Shown here piece after piece: positions 36,417 through 36,879 of a stretch of 36,879 nt of DNA. Source of the DNA: Octopus bimaculoides (lineage: Eukaryota); NCBI RefSeq assembly GCF_001194135.2, contig NC_068985.1:45799300-45836178 (forward strand), in the 5' to 3' direction. The translations under genes and the position numbers were made by a program. The notes beneath the pieces were generated by a model that saw only the letters and a program-made list of their open reading frames with translations, did no database searches and was not told where the DNA came from. Each line of letters opens with the position of its first letter. The first letter of the stretch is position 1.

Positions 36417-36459
<43 letters not shown>

Positions 36460-36531
36460 CTCTCTCTCTCTCTTTCTTTCTCTCCCTCTCTCTCTTTCAC
36501 CCCCCCCCACACACACATGTATATATATCCC

Positions 36532-36573
<42 letters not shown>

Positions 36574-36834
36574 AATTCGCTTGCGCATACAGAAAGCAGG
36601 TGCGAGAGACAAGAGACGCTAGAAATAACAGAGGAGGGAAAGAAAGATCAATCAATCGATAGTTAGATGCCTACGAAATAATCTGACAAATATTTATTGG
36701 CAGACAAATGGATCGGGATAACATTGACAGGAAGACAAATAGAAAAGGGAGACGGGCGGACGGTATGACAGAAGGTTATAGATACAAAAAGAATTGCAAG
36801 AAAACTTATGTAGCTGAGGTGGCGCATGCAATGA

Positions 36835-36879
<45 letters not shown>

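Overview
Repeat-dominated, AT-rich animal genomic DNA with 11 assembly gaps (about 4.9 kb, 13% N). It is probably intronic or intergenic. The SINE, MITE and microsatellite families match those I recall from Octopus genomes; this is an inference, and BLASTN or RepeatMasker with Dfam/Repbase would decide it. No host gene can be confidently identified. Nearly every ORF in the supplied track is a microsatellite translation or a read-through across N runs. The credible coding signal is decayed transposon protein: two RLE-type non-LTR retrotransposon 3' ends, a Penelope-like RT N-terminal piece and a Tc1 transposase. There are also three weak candidate exons. I cannot support a new multi-gene biological system here. 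The best leads are: (i) three minimal hammerhead-ribozyme-like motifs in Penelope-like tails; (ii) two SINE dimers, each enclosed by a single target-site duplication (TSD); (iii) head/body/tail shuffling among tRNA-derived SINEs; (iv) a ~70-90 bp tandem array with hairpin-bearing units; (v) a 51-nt near-consensus intron cassette; (vi) a GC/CpG-rich structured block. SINE labels A-E are my working names, not published assignments.
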